From Phoronis australis (taxonomy: Eukaryota; Animalia; Phoronida), in the NCBI GenBank assembly GCA_002633005.1, contig NMRA01000293.1, positions 209,198 to 273,197 of the forward strand: a DNA stretch of 64,000 bases, read 5' to 3'. The notes under the pieces are model-generated. The model searched no databases. It was not told the origin of the DNA and saw nothing but the letters and a program-made list of their open reading frames with translations. Shown here piece after piece: positions 24,501 to 54,522 of the stretch (positions within the stretch are counted from its first letter, which is position 1; each line of letters opens with the position of its first letter). Made by a program: the position numbers and the translations under genes.

Positions 24501-27500
24501 TTCTCAATAGATGGCGGTTACCGACAGGCACAGATCATCCCGTTCACACTCAAACAACTATCGACCGGTGTTCAAAAAAAAAGATAAATTAAGTTACAAC
24601 GCAAATCAAACATTAATTCATTAAATTCAAAATTCAGAAAAGCGGAACTCCTGAATGGGACAATTTACAACTTTTATAATCATTAATATTAATAAGTTTA
24701 CAGTTGTTGTTATTATTTTTTGTAATTTCTCTTCTTGGTTCGGACCATCAGCAAAGTTACGTTTTTCATACATTATGTAACTGCCAGAGAAATACAATGA
24801 TCAACTAGACAAATACTCCATGTCATAAAAGCATGGGAGTGGTTTGCTGTCGAATGAATGGGCGTGATTGGGGAACATGGTCACCATTTGTCTTCATCGG
24901 ATCGCCGTTAAAAAAAATTAAATGACAATTTGTGAAAACTTGACGCACTCGTCTATTTAAGCAGTCTGAACGCGTATATACACCCTTGCTATGTGGGCTA
25001 TTTAAACGATCACGAGCCGTAACTTCGTTCATTTTTACAACAATTGTGATAAGGTAAGGATGCATTGGTTTACTTTCTTGTATTTTAAAATTTGTCACTC
25101 GAACCAAAGCTTCGTGGTCTAGCTACTAGTATCAGACTGGACTATTAACATTTATGTCAGTTGTTTTATCCAATTTAAGCTGCAATAAGGTCGCCTTTCG
25201 TCAAAAATATAGTTTACTTTAGACCACTTTTATTACGGAATTGGTCTTTGCTTGTTCCTAACTCAAATTATAAGTGATCTTTGGGCTTGAAAAGAGCTCG
25301 CTCATACTAGGCAATAACCACAACAAGTTGGCTGATCACGGCGGGCCATTTTATGCCCAGGACTTGATGTTGACTATTAACGAACTGCCAGCGCTTTCTA
25401 AGCCTACTGATACGTGTACCAGCCGTAAATGATCGAAACCGTCTCTTTGTGACCTCATTTCACACTTGGACCATTTACCTACTGTCACTGACTTAATATA
25501 ATCGTCACGCACCATTTTCCTTGCCTCATGCGTGTTTACCGAGATACAATTTGTTGGCATGTGCGTTGATGTCAGTTCAAATGAAATATAAATACGTAGT
25601 ACTCTCTATGGTCGTAGAAAGTGGGAGTGGTCGGAAAGTATACGCTGTCGCCAATACATTAAAGAGCCAGGAGCAAAGTTTACGGAGTAAAACAATTGCT
25701 AATTTGTAGACTATATCCTCGATTCTTTCTGCGGCACCAGAGGTAGTAACCAGAGACTAAGTACGCGAAATTGGTGACGAACGGGTATTGGGGAGAGAAT
25801 TTCGGTTTTTACCGACAATGGTTTCGCGGAAACACATGGAAGATGCGGTGTTTCTGTCGACTTTATATTAGGACATTTATTATATGTTTTCGCATCTAGT
25901 TTAAATCGCCTAAATCATCGACACACACTTGTAATAAATATAATATACCTGTAAGAATATGGGAATTACAAGGGTGGTGTCAAGGTACAGCGTACGTGAG
26001 ACAAACATTTGCTAGATATTGCCTTGGCAAGGTGGTGGAATCCGACGGTTGCCTGTTTTTATGTTGGCGTGTATACCAGCGCTTTCTTACACGTTCATCT
26101 GGTACAGTATTCTTTAATTTCTGTCCGACGTTTCTGAGTACCACTCTAGTGTTATCGATAAATCGCTAGACCGGTCTTCGAATTGACTGAAGAGAAATTC
26201 GAATACGTCACCGAACATCATTTTTCACTGCGAATGACGTCTGCAACTTTTATGACTCATGAAACAAGAGCAACTCCTTTGGGGCAATGACATCTTGCTG
26301 TTGTCATTAGTAACGAGAGTTTCTCATTTTAGTCGGCTCTTGTTGAACTACTATCGCTTGATAGGAAACAGTTTTAAAATCCCCTTTGTACCCGACGATG
26401 CCTTATAAATCGCGATAAATCATCGAATTCGGGCGATCTTACCTAAATTGGATGGCTATCCTTTTCACATTAAAAAATGTGATGAGTTGACATCAGCGGG
26501 TAAAAGAAAGTAAGAACGTGACGCTTCGTGTGAATATTTTAACAATTACGCATTATGCATACATTATAATTACTAAGTGTCAATTTCAATCTGATATTAC
26601 ACTTTACACAATTCACTACCTAGCAAAGCAAGAAACACGCCTTTAGCTATGGTGGTAGCCACATAAACAATGTCTGTTTTTGATTTGTTTGTTGGTTGCA
26701 GAGGTGCCGTGAGCTGTTTTCTAATTCGAAGCCTCTTTACATAAAACCCAACTCAAGTATCCCAACACCACTTGATTAGACAATAAACAGCTAAAACACA
26801 ATAAAACGCTCTTTATGACATACGCTATTTTTTAAATCGTTTACAGCGACCATAACGTCATATAAATACGTTATGTCTGAGACCCGTTTTACAGGAACAC
26901 TTTTGCACGTAGGTATTTTACGTAAGTAATTTTTTTGACTTATGAACGAAAAAACGCGCGTGCAACAGCTTATTTCAGGAGTAAATTTGCACTAATTTAG
27001 AGTCCTAGTGCAAAAGTAAGTTTGCACCAGGGTAATGGTAAATACTGCACTCGTGAACGCAAAACGAATTTTCTTAGAGATCCAAAGTGACAATTTTTAA
27101 CAATGAATGCACCGTTAAGTTTGAAATTATGAGAAATTCTATTTTGTGATAGCCTTGTCGAATGTAACCTCTGGTCAGTCAAGCAGTTCTCGAGGTACAA
27201 GGTACTTTAAAATGGTCAAACGAGGACAGCGCAGCATTAGAGTGATAACGAGACGAGACGCTAGCTTTCACGTCAGACGGGAATACACATGAAAAGTTTA
27301 CAAAAACTGAAAAAGTTTAGAAGGTTCCAGGGTGGACGTGCGTCGTCATATAGAGACTTTCCTACTCCATATAAATAAACATATCTTCCTTTACGATAAA
27401 CAAAGTTCATTTTCAAATTGTGGGCCAATTTATAGGGTTTGCTACTACAGGTCTTGAGTTTTATTGTGCTTTTCTGCAATAATCGTGTAATTTTTACATA

Positions 27501-28011
27501 CTGTATGACACGTCATTTTGAAATTTCCCTCTGACCATTGATCAGTTTCCAAATGTTTCTTGTACGACATACTCCCTCCAGTCTTGTGGTCGTTCCCTTG
27601 TCCACGAGGTTTTCCCTGGTGGCAATCCAAAGATTAACACAGTCGATCAGACTGCCCTTGAAATATGTTTCGTTTCGACTCGCCCTATCTTCACTCCACT
27701 GAGACAGATAGATATACATGTTAAACTACCTTTTGTTTTTAAATGGCTGAAAGTTCTTAGCCGAGAAAATTTACTTGGTACAGCAACCTCGGCTAATAAC
27801 ATTCAATCAGTGCAGTTTAACAAAATGCATAGTCTTCTACTTAACGACGTAATGGAGACAATGTTTTGTTACAAAACGTTTTATTCAAAGTTTAAAAGAA
27901 AAAAATTCTTTTGTCAGATTGTAAATGAAATCTTGTCATTTTTTAACTTGACTGTCTTTTTCAATTCGAGACGGAACAAGTACAGTTGAATCAATTGCCC
28001 AGATAATGTGA

Positions 28012-34129
<6,118 letters not shown>

Positions 34130-34884
34130 AATAAATTGGCGCGCGCAGCATGGAAAACACGCCCGAGTTGAGTCAGTGTTACTCACTAAGCCAGGGAACT
34201 GTTCTATCCATACAACAAAAGAGACTAATGACCGACTGCTACTCATAATCAGAAGCATTTACCTTGAATTTTTTACTTTTCTGTTTTTCGAGTACTTGTG
34301 GAGGTATTGAAACCTTTTAAGGTCATAAAAGAATGCGACTATACAGTGTATATAAGAAGGATTACGGCCATTTTTCGTTTTGACTAACTTGTCATTTTAG
34401 GACTGTCTGTTCAACGTTTAGTTTCCAAGTCTCGGTTGCATGTTGTCAGGTTGCTAGTACGTATACAACCCCGACCATTAGGCCGCGGCCGGCCTGAATA
34501 TCGTATCGAGTATTTTGCATGCATAAATATAGCTTATGAACTATCTGGACCAAGCAGAAGGGAGTATACTGTAGGAAATAAAAAGGTGTAGGGCCCGAGT
34601 TATCGAAAAACAAACATTGAATGTTATTAATATTCGGCAGTAGGCTAAGCCGCCGGGTCAAAGCTTTTTCTCGCCCTGTGCTGCAAAGATTACTTCAAAG
34701 TCTTTCATTAAAAACAAAAAAATAGGACTTTGACTCAATTAAAAAGCCCGGTGTCGAAAATTTTGTGAAATAATAGATTACATAACAGTTTCCAACCAGC
34801 AAATTCATGAGGCAATGCGACTGAATTTGAGTTTATAAGTTACATTGTCTCGGCTTCGCTTGTGTGGTTGCTCAGATTCAAATC

Positions 34885-35002
34885 CCTAATAGATGGCGCT
34901 ATTATGATGGCAACGCGCAGAGGAGACTGGGTAATTTACACGTAGTGCCGTTCACTTCCGGTTTAATTTGACAGTTTTAGTGAGGTGCCGCTAGTGAAAA
35001 CG
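34885..35002 (+). promoter_or_regulatory. Probable promoter and non-coding first exon of GALE-2
   Basis: AGATGGCGC and ETS-type ACTTCCGG (34954-34961) motifs, then a strong donor AAAACG/GTGAGT at 35002/35003. A matching acceptor TTGTTTACAG ends at 40105, 13 nt before the GALE-2 ATG. Inference only. Confidence 0.5.
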
Positions 35003-37298
35003 GTGAGTACTATTCGCCTCTGAAAAAGTCAAAGCTATCGTCCCATTCGATAGCTCTTATAGAAGTGTGACTTAACAAGTTCTGTACTTACGGTGATTAT
35101 AACGACAATAAGTAGGCTTCTTGTTTATCGAGTCGTAACTAATTCATTTCCAATGCCTGTGCTGTGGCAATGGCAACCAAAGTCCATGACGGAGCCACTG
35201 GCAGTTCTGACCATGGCATGCCATGAGAACTTTTTTCGATCTTTTAGAACTTACTTCTAGTATACCCTGTAAGTAAAGAGGGGATGCTACCTAAGCCTGT
35301 ACACAAATGCCATATCATCACCTCATCCAACTGTTTTATCCTGCACTGTATAACACTTTCTGTAATAATCGCACTTTGTCTTGTATGAATTGTAAGAGAT
35401 CAATCCTTTTCCGTCAGTGTCTTCAAAAAGTTGAAGTTTGACACATGGAAGACAAAGAGGAACATAGAATTGTCGGATGTCTGGCGAGGCTCTCAATCTC
35501 ACCACTACGTGACAGAATTCCTGCGAGATTGTAAATGTGGCCACACTTCTGGCAATTCCGTGTTCTTGTGGCTGTGTAATGGCATATACAGTACTTCCTT
35601 CTTTACTTATGGGTGCTAGTAGTGAGTAGTAGTGTTCTAAGGTAAAAGATCAGAATAAGCTCTTACTGCTGTCCTGCTACCCTCGACTTACTGGAGCTGT
35701 TCCCAATCAGATTACTAGAGCTTAGACCAGTTTCTTCATGTTTGAGTAGTAGTTTAGCAATACTGCTGTAGGTGAGGTATATCTTGTTTCCTTGTCTGAT
35801 TTGTTTCCTTGTCTGATGTAATCTTAGATCATTGTTCAGTACATGTGAATGGACAGGCCTAGACTCATAGGAGTTTATTTCAAATTTTGGCTCTGTTTGA
35901 ATACCCACTAACAACAGTATACCCATGATCAACTCCGTTATGATTTTTTAATGTTGCTTATATACGAATGGTAACAAGTTGAAGTATCAAAGAAAGCAGT
36001 CGATTGGGAAGTTTCCATTTTTAAAAATTTGAAGTAGAATTATACATTATTTAGTATTGGGAATAATTAAATTTAATTCTATTGAATTACTTCTTGTCAG
36101 GAAATTACAACGGCATCTAGAGATGTGTTTTCAGAGACATTGAGTTGTGGGTTATCGATCGGGGGTATACTCTTCAGGCAGACATGTGAGTTACCTCCTA
36201 TCGCATGTAAAATTTTAGCCTCTTTGTTGACATTCGTAGGTGACACCATTTCAAACCCATGAAAATATTTTTAATTATGTAAGATTTTGTAGAAAAGTGA
36301 ATGAATTCACAATGTGAGAAGGGCAGGTACACATGTAGATTTGCTGTGAGTTTGTATTCATTTTATGTTTTGTCTTGCGTGTTTAATATACTTATTGATA
36401 TATATACCTGTTACATCTCTCTTGTTTTACTCTACATTCTATAAAACATCGCCACGTTTTTTTCATTTACATGACAAATAATTAATTTATTAATTTTATT
36501 AACACAACGCTGTATGCATTTTGACAATCAACATCACAGTATTGTCGACCCTTTACTCTGCGGATCTCCTGTTACTAAACAAGTAGCAGATACTGGAATT
36601 TTTGTGCTTCAAAGCCTGCAAGCAAAATTAACAAAACCAGGGACATTATAACAGAAATTTCCGAAGTAGGCCCTCCCAAAAGTTTATCCTTGAGCATGTT
36701 TTCGGAAATTTTTCCAAAAGTACGCCCATGGTTTAAAAATCTGACCGATTGTTCTGAAATATTTACGCAATATGTTTTGATGTAAAATGTTGTTTACTTT
36801 GACAAGTTTATATTTTGGAATTTCTATATCACTCAAATTACTATCATTTAACGAGATATTAGTTGACTGTTGGTAACTGGCCATATAAGCACAGTATGAC
36901 GGATAGTTTTAATGATACAATTTTTGAGAGAAAAAACTCTTCCAAAAGTCAGTGTTTACTCTTTGTTCAAGTATCAGACCTTGAAGACACTCTTAACTTG
37001 TATACCATTTGATGTCATCAATGTCAAGACTAACACCTAGCTGTGAATTTGGCTAAAAAACAATAATGTATGTTGTATAGAATTGAAGGGGCGTGCTCCT
37101 TATTGGCCTGTGCAAAGTTGCAAAACTATGTATGTACTTGCCTTTTTCAATTTCTTTATTTCTCAAAACTCATCAGAGTTATTCAGCTATTATTAAAATC
37201 TCTTGGTCTATTTACACCAACCTCTATTCTATATACACTGTCACAACGTTTCGGTTCGTCTCTTCTCCGGCAATCGTCGGGTGTTCCCGCGTTCTTAT

Positions 37299-37381
37299 TG
37301 TGCGAGGCAGGATTTGAACCCACAACTTCTGAAACTACAGATAATTTGAGTCCAGCACCTTAACCATTACACCACGGAGTC
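37299..37381 (-). other. tRNA-derived Pol III promoter-like cassette inside the PLE pLTR (not a functional tRNA)
   Basis: Minus strand GACTCCGTGGTGTAATGGTTAAGGTGCTGGACTCAAATTATCTGTAGTTTCAGAAGTTGTGGGTTCAAATCCTGCC: A box 37364-37374, B box 37310-37320. The 3' acceptor-stem strand is missing. Partial second copy at 37856-37917 (+). Confidence 0.7.
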
Positions 37382-37974
37382 ATCCAATTACTTAGAGGGA
37401 ATTTTATTATAGTAGACTTTGCCAGGTGTCACTTGGTTGTTTGCTTGACTGACTGAAGACATTGCCTTGTACTTTCATGTACATGGCTTCCTTGATCTTT
37501 TTCTTGGTCCAACCTGTTTCACTGTCAAGTATTCGGATGTTATTCTACTGGATGTTGTGTAGTTTCGACCACATGTGTTCTGCTAGTACTCCTGATGAGG
37601 TATTACCTTCTCTACAACACCTCTTATGCTCAGCAATTCTTGTCTCCAGTGGTCTTAATGTTTCACCGATATACGATTCACCACATTCACATGGGATTTC
37701 ATAGATGACATTTTTCTTTTTTCCCATGTCAGTTCTTGGTTTGACTTTTGTCAATCGCCAACCCAGTGTGTCTGAGCTGCGGTATGCTGTTCTTATTTTA
37801 AATTCTCTACATATGCGTCCTAGCTTCTCTGTTATTCCGGGTATATATGGTAAGCAGGTGCTGGACTCGAATTATCTGCAGTTTCAAAAGTCCTGGGTTC
37901 AAATCCTGCCTTGCACAAAAAATCACACCATGAGTGTACCACGTATCCGTGCTCGTTCTTCTAAGAACACGGGA

Positions 37975-38018
37975 ACACCTGACGATGGCCGGAGAAGAGA
38001 CGGAACCGAAACGTCGTG
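37975..38018 (+). ncRNA. Minimal type I hammerhead ribozyme motif in PLE pLTR
   Basis: CAC CTGACGA TGGCCGGAGAAGAGACGGAACC GAAA C GTC GTG: intact core boxes, stem I CAC/GTG, GTC triplet. Degenerate copy on the minus strand at ~37242-37285. Confidence 0.7.
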
Positions 38019-39474
38019 GCAGTGTATATAGACTAGAGGTCGGTGTAAATAGACCAAGAGATTTTAATAACAGTTGTAATACGTCACCACCTCAGAGCGG
38101 TTTTAGGAAGTCATCATCATAGCTATGTCAGAAATTTCCTGACCTTGACCCAGATGGATTACTAAAAGAATTTAATGACATGAAGATCACTAATAAATCC
38201 TTATCATTATTAATATCCAATTTACCCGAGTACAAAGGTTATAAATTTTAAAAAAGAACATTTTGAGTTTGTAACTGGCTTTATATGATGACGACCAATC
38301 TGTGGTCTTCGCAAATTTTCAATAAGTAGTTTTACTTTATGCTCCATATATTTAGTGTGACTCCGATTTGGGACAGTCTGTAGAATTGGGTCACGTAAAC
38401 TGCAAAAAAAAGTTTATTCTGGAATTTGGAACAAGACCGATTTTGCATTCTCCATATTTCTTACCGTAAATATCGTACCGTGTGTTTTCATTATATAGAG
38501 TAGATAATTTTGACCCTCTTTCCGGTGATTCTTGAATTTGGGACATCCATTATTGCCTATTTTTTGAATTTGTGACAAGCTCTGAGTTTGAGCAAACTGT
38601 TTAATTTTTCACTGTCCCAAATTACAGAATTTTTACCGAGACTGTTTTTTAAACCAGATGTATGTTTAGCTTTATTAATATTTGTTACACGGAAGCTTTC
38701 TTTCAACCTTCGTTTTGAGACTTTCATTATGGCTGGCCTGTGGACCCACCTGTGTGCAGAGAGGACCACTGAACACTTTTCCTCCCAGGAAATGGCATCT
38801 TCAACAAATCACTGTAACTATTGCAGGCCTATTGGAAGATAAATTGTTTATTTGCCACACCCTTGTTTACTTAATACCAAGTGTTTGTAATCCTTTCAGT
38901 ATGACCTGCCATATGGCACACCCATCCTTCTTTATGATGTGACCTGGTGTCATACATTGTTGACTACTAACCATGACTTTTGTCATATGCTTAGTTCTAT
39001 ACTGAACTCTAATTAAACAACTGCTGTATCTGACAGTGTGCATCATCGTGATTTATTAGTGTGGGTAGCCTGTGTATAGGCTGTTTATATGTAAGTTATT
39101 TTTTACTGTAAAATTTAGGACATAATGTCGCAGTCAAGTGAAATTTTATTTTTGTAATATTTTTCATAAAAGTTATGTAATCTATTTATGCTTTACCAAG
39201 TTCAGGTAATTGTGGGCATTCACAACTTAATTAGAATCTTTGGAAATGAAAAAAAAGATCAATATTGGCTGTTCTGTATTTGAAATTTTGGAAGTTTTGC
39301 AGTACTAACAAAAATATGCTTAAATTATGCGCTTTGAAAATTCTGCTTGGGCTACATTCTCAATACAGCAATCAAGAGTTGGCTAGGATTTGATTTTTAA
39401 ATTTGTAATTTTTTTTTACATTCTGAAGTAGTTTAATCACAGATAATTTGAAAAAGTGTATTTAAAAAGCAATG

Positions 39475-39476
<2 letters not shown>

Positions 39477-39542
<66 letters not shown>
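39477..39542. repeat. (GT)33 microsatellite
   Basis: Perfect GT dinucleotide run. Confidence 0.98.
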
Positions 39543-39544
<2 letters not shown>

Positions 39545-40070
39545 ATGTTAGTCCTTGACTTGAAAAATGTGACTATAATGTTGTAATATGTATTGAAATT
39601 CAACTTAATATTTTCTGTTTTTCCAGCTCATTACCTGACCAATGAGCTGGTCACAGGTCAATAGTCTAATATAACGTGCCCGTATTTTGAGAACCAGTCT
39701 GAAACCTGTTATTCAGTGGATAAAACTGGTTCTCGAAATTCGGGCACCTTATATCAGACCATTACTGGTCACAGCATGTTAAATTTGATCTGTGTTACAG
39801 TAACTCTCATTTGTGAAATGGTAAATAGGTTGAGTGCAGTAAAGCTGTGCCAAATTCAAACAAAAGCAATTGGCGAAATAGTGATTTTCAAAATCTCCCA
39901 GAATTATTAAAAATTCTCACAAAGTTTCATGGTTTGTATATTGGTGGCAGCTGTGTAATATAATCTGGTTTCTTCATGTTTTCATGAAATTAAAATTCAC
40001 TGTTTCACCATATTGTGTTCTAAATTAAAGAACTTTGGTCATAATTCAAAGTGTTGTTTCTTAATTTTAA

Positions 40071-51049
<10,979 letters not shown>

Positions 51050-52765
51050 GAGACATGAACTTTGGTGAAATTTATGGAATGGTGCTTGTTGACGTAGTTA
51101 ATGTTGCGCATTCTAGTCCTAGATACCTGCAATGTCTCTACATTAATTAAGTTATTGTCCAACTTGCAAGAGGAATTCTGTTTTCATTAACAGTGACATC
51201 TTTTAGCCAACTCTATGTGATGGGGCCAGTTTTGAGTAAAATTACATGTGAGCATGAACTACTCATTCCATACAGTGTGGTGAATGAATGAAATCATTCT
51301 GATGTTAATGATTAATTGGGTTTCTCCTTGATAATAACAATGTTTGTAAAATGTATTAAGTGGGGGGGGGGTTATTGAGTTTGAAATGGTGCTTTAATTA
51401 TTTTGTCTCGGGGGGGAATGGTACATTATGTTAGATGGTGCCGACTAGCAATTAATTGTTTGTTTATCTTTGGTAAAGCTGTATTTGAGCATGTTTAGGA
51501 AGTCAAAAAATGAAGATTGAATTTGTCATTTTGATAGGATTCTATTTCTGCTAACTTCTCAGGTCACAGGCAATTCGGTGTATGTGCATGGAATTTTAGG
51601 GTTGACTAAGTCCAATCAATGGTTATAAGGATTTTCTTGTCGCTGATGGTTTTGATGTTCTTGTCTGTAACAGAGATAGAATCCTGTCTCGGTAAAGAAT
51701 ATTTTGACACCAATTTTATGAAAGTAAAATGAGGTCAGATTCCGAATTTTTGTTTTAGTCAGCTAAACACTGTAAAATGCAACTTTAAATGTGCATTTAT
51801 TTCTTGCAATCAGTCATTTAAGGAGAAATTCTTTAGTTTGGGACATAGCTTAGTAGATTGGTGGAATTTCTTTTTGTCAACAAAAATTATAATTTAGAAA
51901 AGCTAGTTCCTTTTTAGCCTAGTTTCTCAGTCCAGCAATGCTACCCCGGCACCCTCTGCTCTGGGTGGCAATAATGCTTGCTGGGCCACTGAATTACCAG
52001 TAGGTTTTGACAATCAGTTTCTGTTATAACAATCGCAGCTCATCACTTTGCTGAACAGGGTGTATAAAGTTGCCTTCAGGTTTTGTTTTGTATTGGTGTC
52101 AAAAAGTATCGATAGGGATTTGTATGTACACAGACAAAATACAGACTTGCACTCGCCTTGGATGATAAAAAAATGATTTCCAGATGATATTAAATAATGA
52201 AGACAATCGTAGTCAATGCCGTTATTGGTCAATTGAATTATAATTTTACTTCTGAATCACAACGACCTCTAAGTGTTTCCACTCTTAAGCTATAGCAACA
52301 AAATGCCTCATGTTCTCACAATTTTTCTTATGTATGCCGACTTTACATTTTAAAACACAAATATGTCCATCCAAGACGATACACGAAGAACAAAGTATCA
52401 ACCCAAGGCAATACTTTCAAAGTGCCTAAATGGTCTGCATATCCTTACCAACCACTCTTAATGTAATAACCCATTGCATGCAGTTACAAAGGCAACAGGG
52501 ATGTCCAGGAAATTAAACCGAGAATAGCGTTTTAATAGTAACGGTTTCCTTGTCATTCAAAGTTTAAGTTTTTAGCAATGCATTGCAACACAAGGCAGTG
52601 TTTATGTTGAATGTGGGATTCATTTTGTCGATCTCTTGTAGTGTGATAACATATAGCACTGATTGTAGTAAGGTAGCCTTTGGGAGAGTACTTAGAATAG
52701 TGTGCCATGTGTGCCAAATGGGGGTAATTTATTAACATGTCTTGGTTATGGCAGCAATTTTTGGA

Positions 52766-52771
52766 AATAAA
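52766..52771 (+). terminator. Candidate polyadenylation signal of GALE-2
   Basis: AATAAA ~1.7 kb after the stop codon, followed ~25 nt later by a T/GT-rich tract. Confidence 0.4.
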
Positions 52772-52815
52772 TGTAATTATAGTAGAATCACAAGAATTTG
52801 ATTTTGTATACTTTT

Positions 52816-53852
52816 ATTGATTTATTGAGACATATACACATGGCCATAGGCCCCAAGTATATCATGTACAAGACGGAACATTGTTAGGTGCCACGTTTCA
52901 AACTGGATAATACATTATGACGCTTGAGAGCGTGATGGACGAATTTAATAAGTAGGCTATCTGGAGTTCTCATGAGAGAATCAAATTTAGATGTTTTGGG
53001 AGAATGACAAAAACGATCACTTATGTACTTAACCCGAAGGTCTTGGTACGCACTACAAACTGACACAAAGTGGTATTCGTCCTCTACACACCCAGAATTA
53101 CATAATTCACACAACCTGTTTTCATAGGGAATATTTGTGTGGCGACCTCTTTCCACTCGTAACGAATGATTTGAGCATTGCAATCGAGTCAGAGACTGGA
53201 TAAAAACACGTGGGATACCAACCATTTCTAGATAATTCTCAAGATGATACATTGTTTTGTACCCCACATAATAAGGCAGTTTTGCGTTACATTCGATATC
53301 AGATTGCCAACCTTGCAAATAACAGTCGTTGACACGTTGAGAAAAAACAGTCAAGAAATACGCTTGATTTACCACACCTGATTAATCCATACATCTGAAA
53401 AACCATACACAGACAGAAATTTCCTTACAAAACTTGCCCAATTATAGGAACATCTTCCGATCAGGTTTGACTGAAAAAGTATATCATATGCAGCTTTTAC
53501 CCCACGATTACTAGGCATCTCCAGTATTTTGAACCAGTATTTTATACAAGAAACAAGATATTTTGTAGACAATAGGAATCGACTACATTCTCCCATAATT
53601 GCCGAGTTTGAACAACTGCCTACTCCTAAAATGCGTTTACAAAACTTGATTATGTACATTACTCCAAAAGTTTCATGGACCAAAGCCATTAAAGCCTTAT
53701 CTAGTCAAGCAAATAAAGCTGCCTCTGCAATTTGTAAATTAAAGCGAAGATGTCGTGATCTGCCCCCGTCAATAGCCTTTCACTTGTTCGATAAAATAGT
53801 TTAACCCTCTCAGTGTTACAGCGCTGAGATATGGGGCTTTAAGGAATTGAAC
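52816..53852 (-). mobile_element. 5'-truncated, 5'-inverted non-LTR retrotransposon fragment (RTE-X-like)
   Basis: 21-bp TSD AATTTGATTTTGTATACTTTT (52795-52815, 53853-53873). Minus strand encodes KFCKRILGV...KYWFKIL...RLQCSNHSLRVERGRH...RLCELCNSGCVEDEYHFVSVCSAYQDLR (C-terminal CCHC). Segment ~53655-53852 is on the plus strand and encodes the preceding region SWTKAIKALSSQANKA...LFDKIV*P...Y.AEIWGF. Clade assignment from remembered motifs. Confidence 0.88.
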
Positions 53853-53989
53853 AATTTGATTTTGTATACTTTTCTTATCCTCACAACTTGCCGAGTGATT
53901 GTTCCACAACATTCATTTATGGTTATGCAAGACGTTATCAACTTCGTGTATTTAGTCAAATTACAAAAATATAGATTTTAACTAAGTAA

Positions 53990-54382
53990 AAGTTTATATT
54001 TTCTGAAAGTAGAAAGTCTGTAGAATTTGATTTTTGACTATATACCAATCGGCTGTTAATCGAATCACGTGACTTTGTATTTTTAGTAAAATTTAACAAA
54101 AGAGAAAGTTATATACAACTTGACCAAATTTTGTTTCATACAAGATGAAATTTTAAAAATGGTGTTATAGTTTTATGAATTGTCATTTCGTTTTTGTTTT
54201 ATGCCACCTATTTCATAAAAATCATAAAAGTTCTATTTTTGATAGCACCTCATGCAAAAGAGGAAAACTTGAAACGTTTTTGAAAACAGTGCATAAAGTA
54301 GTGTCAAACAGTTTCATATCAATCTGATCAGCCATTTCTGAGATGTGATGTTCCAAAGTTTGCCAAATTTAGCCATTTTTCG
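53990..54382 (+). repeat. Old dispersed repeat, copy 2
   Basis: Collinear similarity with 18780-19175. Confidence 0.5.
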
Positions 54383-54516
54383 AGGGTCTTGCACAACCAG
54401 TGTTGACAAACCGAACCATGCCTGACATGATCAAGTGTTACTTTGGCAACAGAAATATCTGTTTTGTATTCTCATAAACTAGATGAAAAATGAAAAAATA
54501 AGTCTTCAGACAGAAG

Positions 54517-54522
54517 TTTATT
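54517..54522 (-). terminator. Candidate polyadenylation signal of SZT2
   Basis: AATAAA on the minus strand ~1 kb after the SZT2 stop, followed by a T-rich downstream tract. Confidence 0.5.

Larger units (their letters stand above)
37191..38120 (-). mobile_element. 5'-truncated Penelope-like element (Poseidon-type linker and GIY-YIG) flanked by inverted pLTR copies
   Basis: Minus strand reads CLPYIPGITEKLGRICREFKIRTAYRS...KKNVIYEIPCECGESYIGETLRPLETRIAEHKR...LAEHMW...Q*NNIRILDSETGWTKKKIKEAMYM. Inverted repeats 37191-37360 and 37856-38069. Possible 6-bp TSD AGCTAT (37185-37190, 38121-38126). Confidence 0.9.

Noticed and set aside
37299-37381. Functional tRNA gene
   Set aside because: Acceptor stem cannot close, anticodon arm is degenerate, and it lies inside a retroelement repeat.
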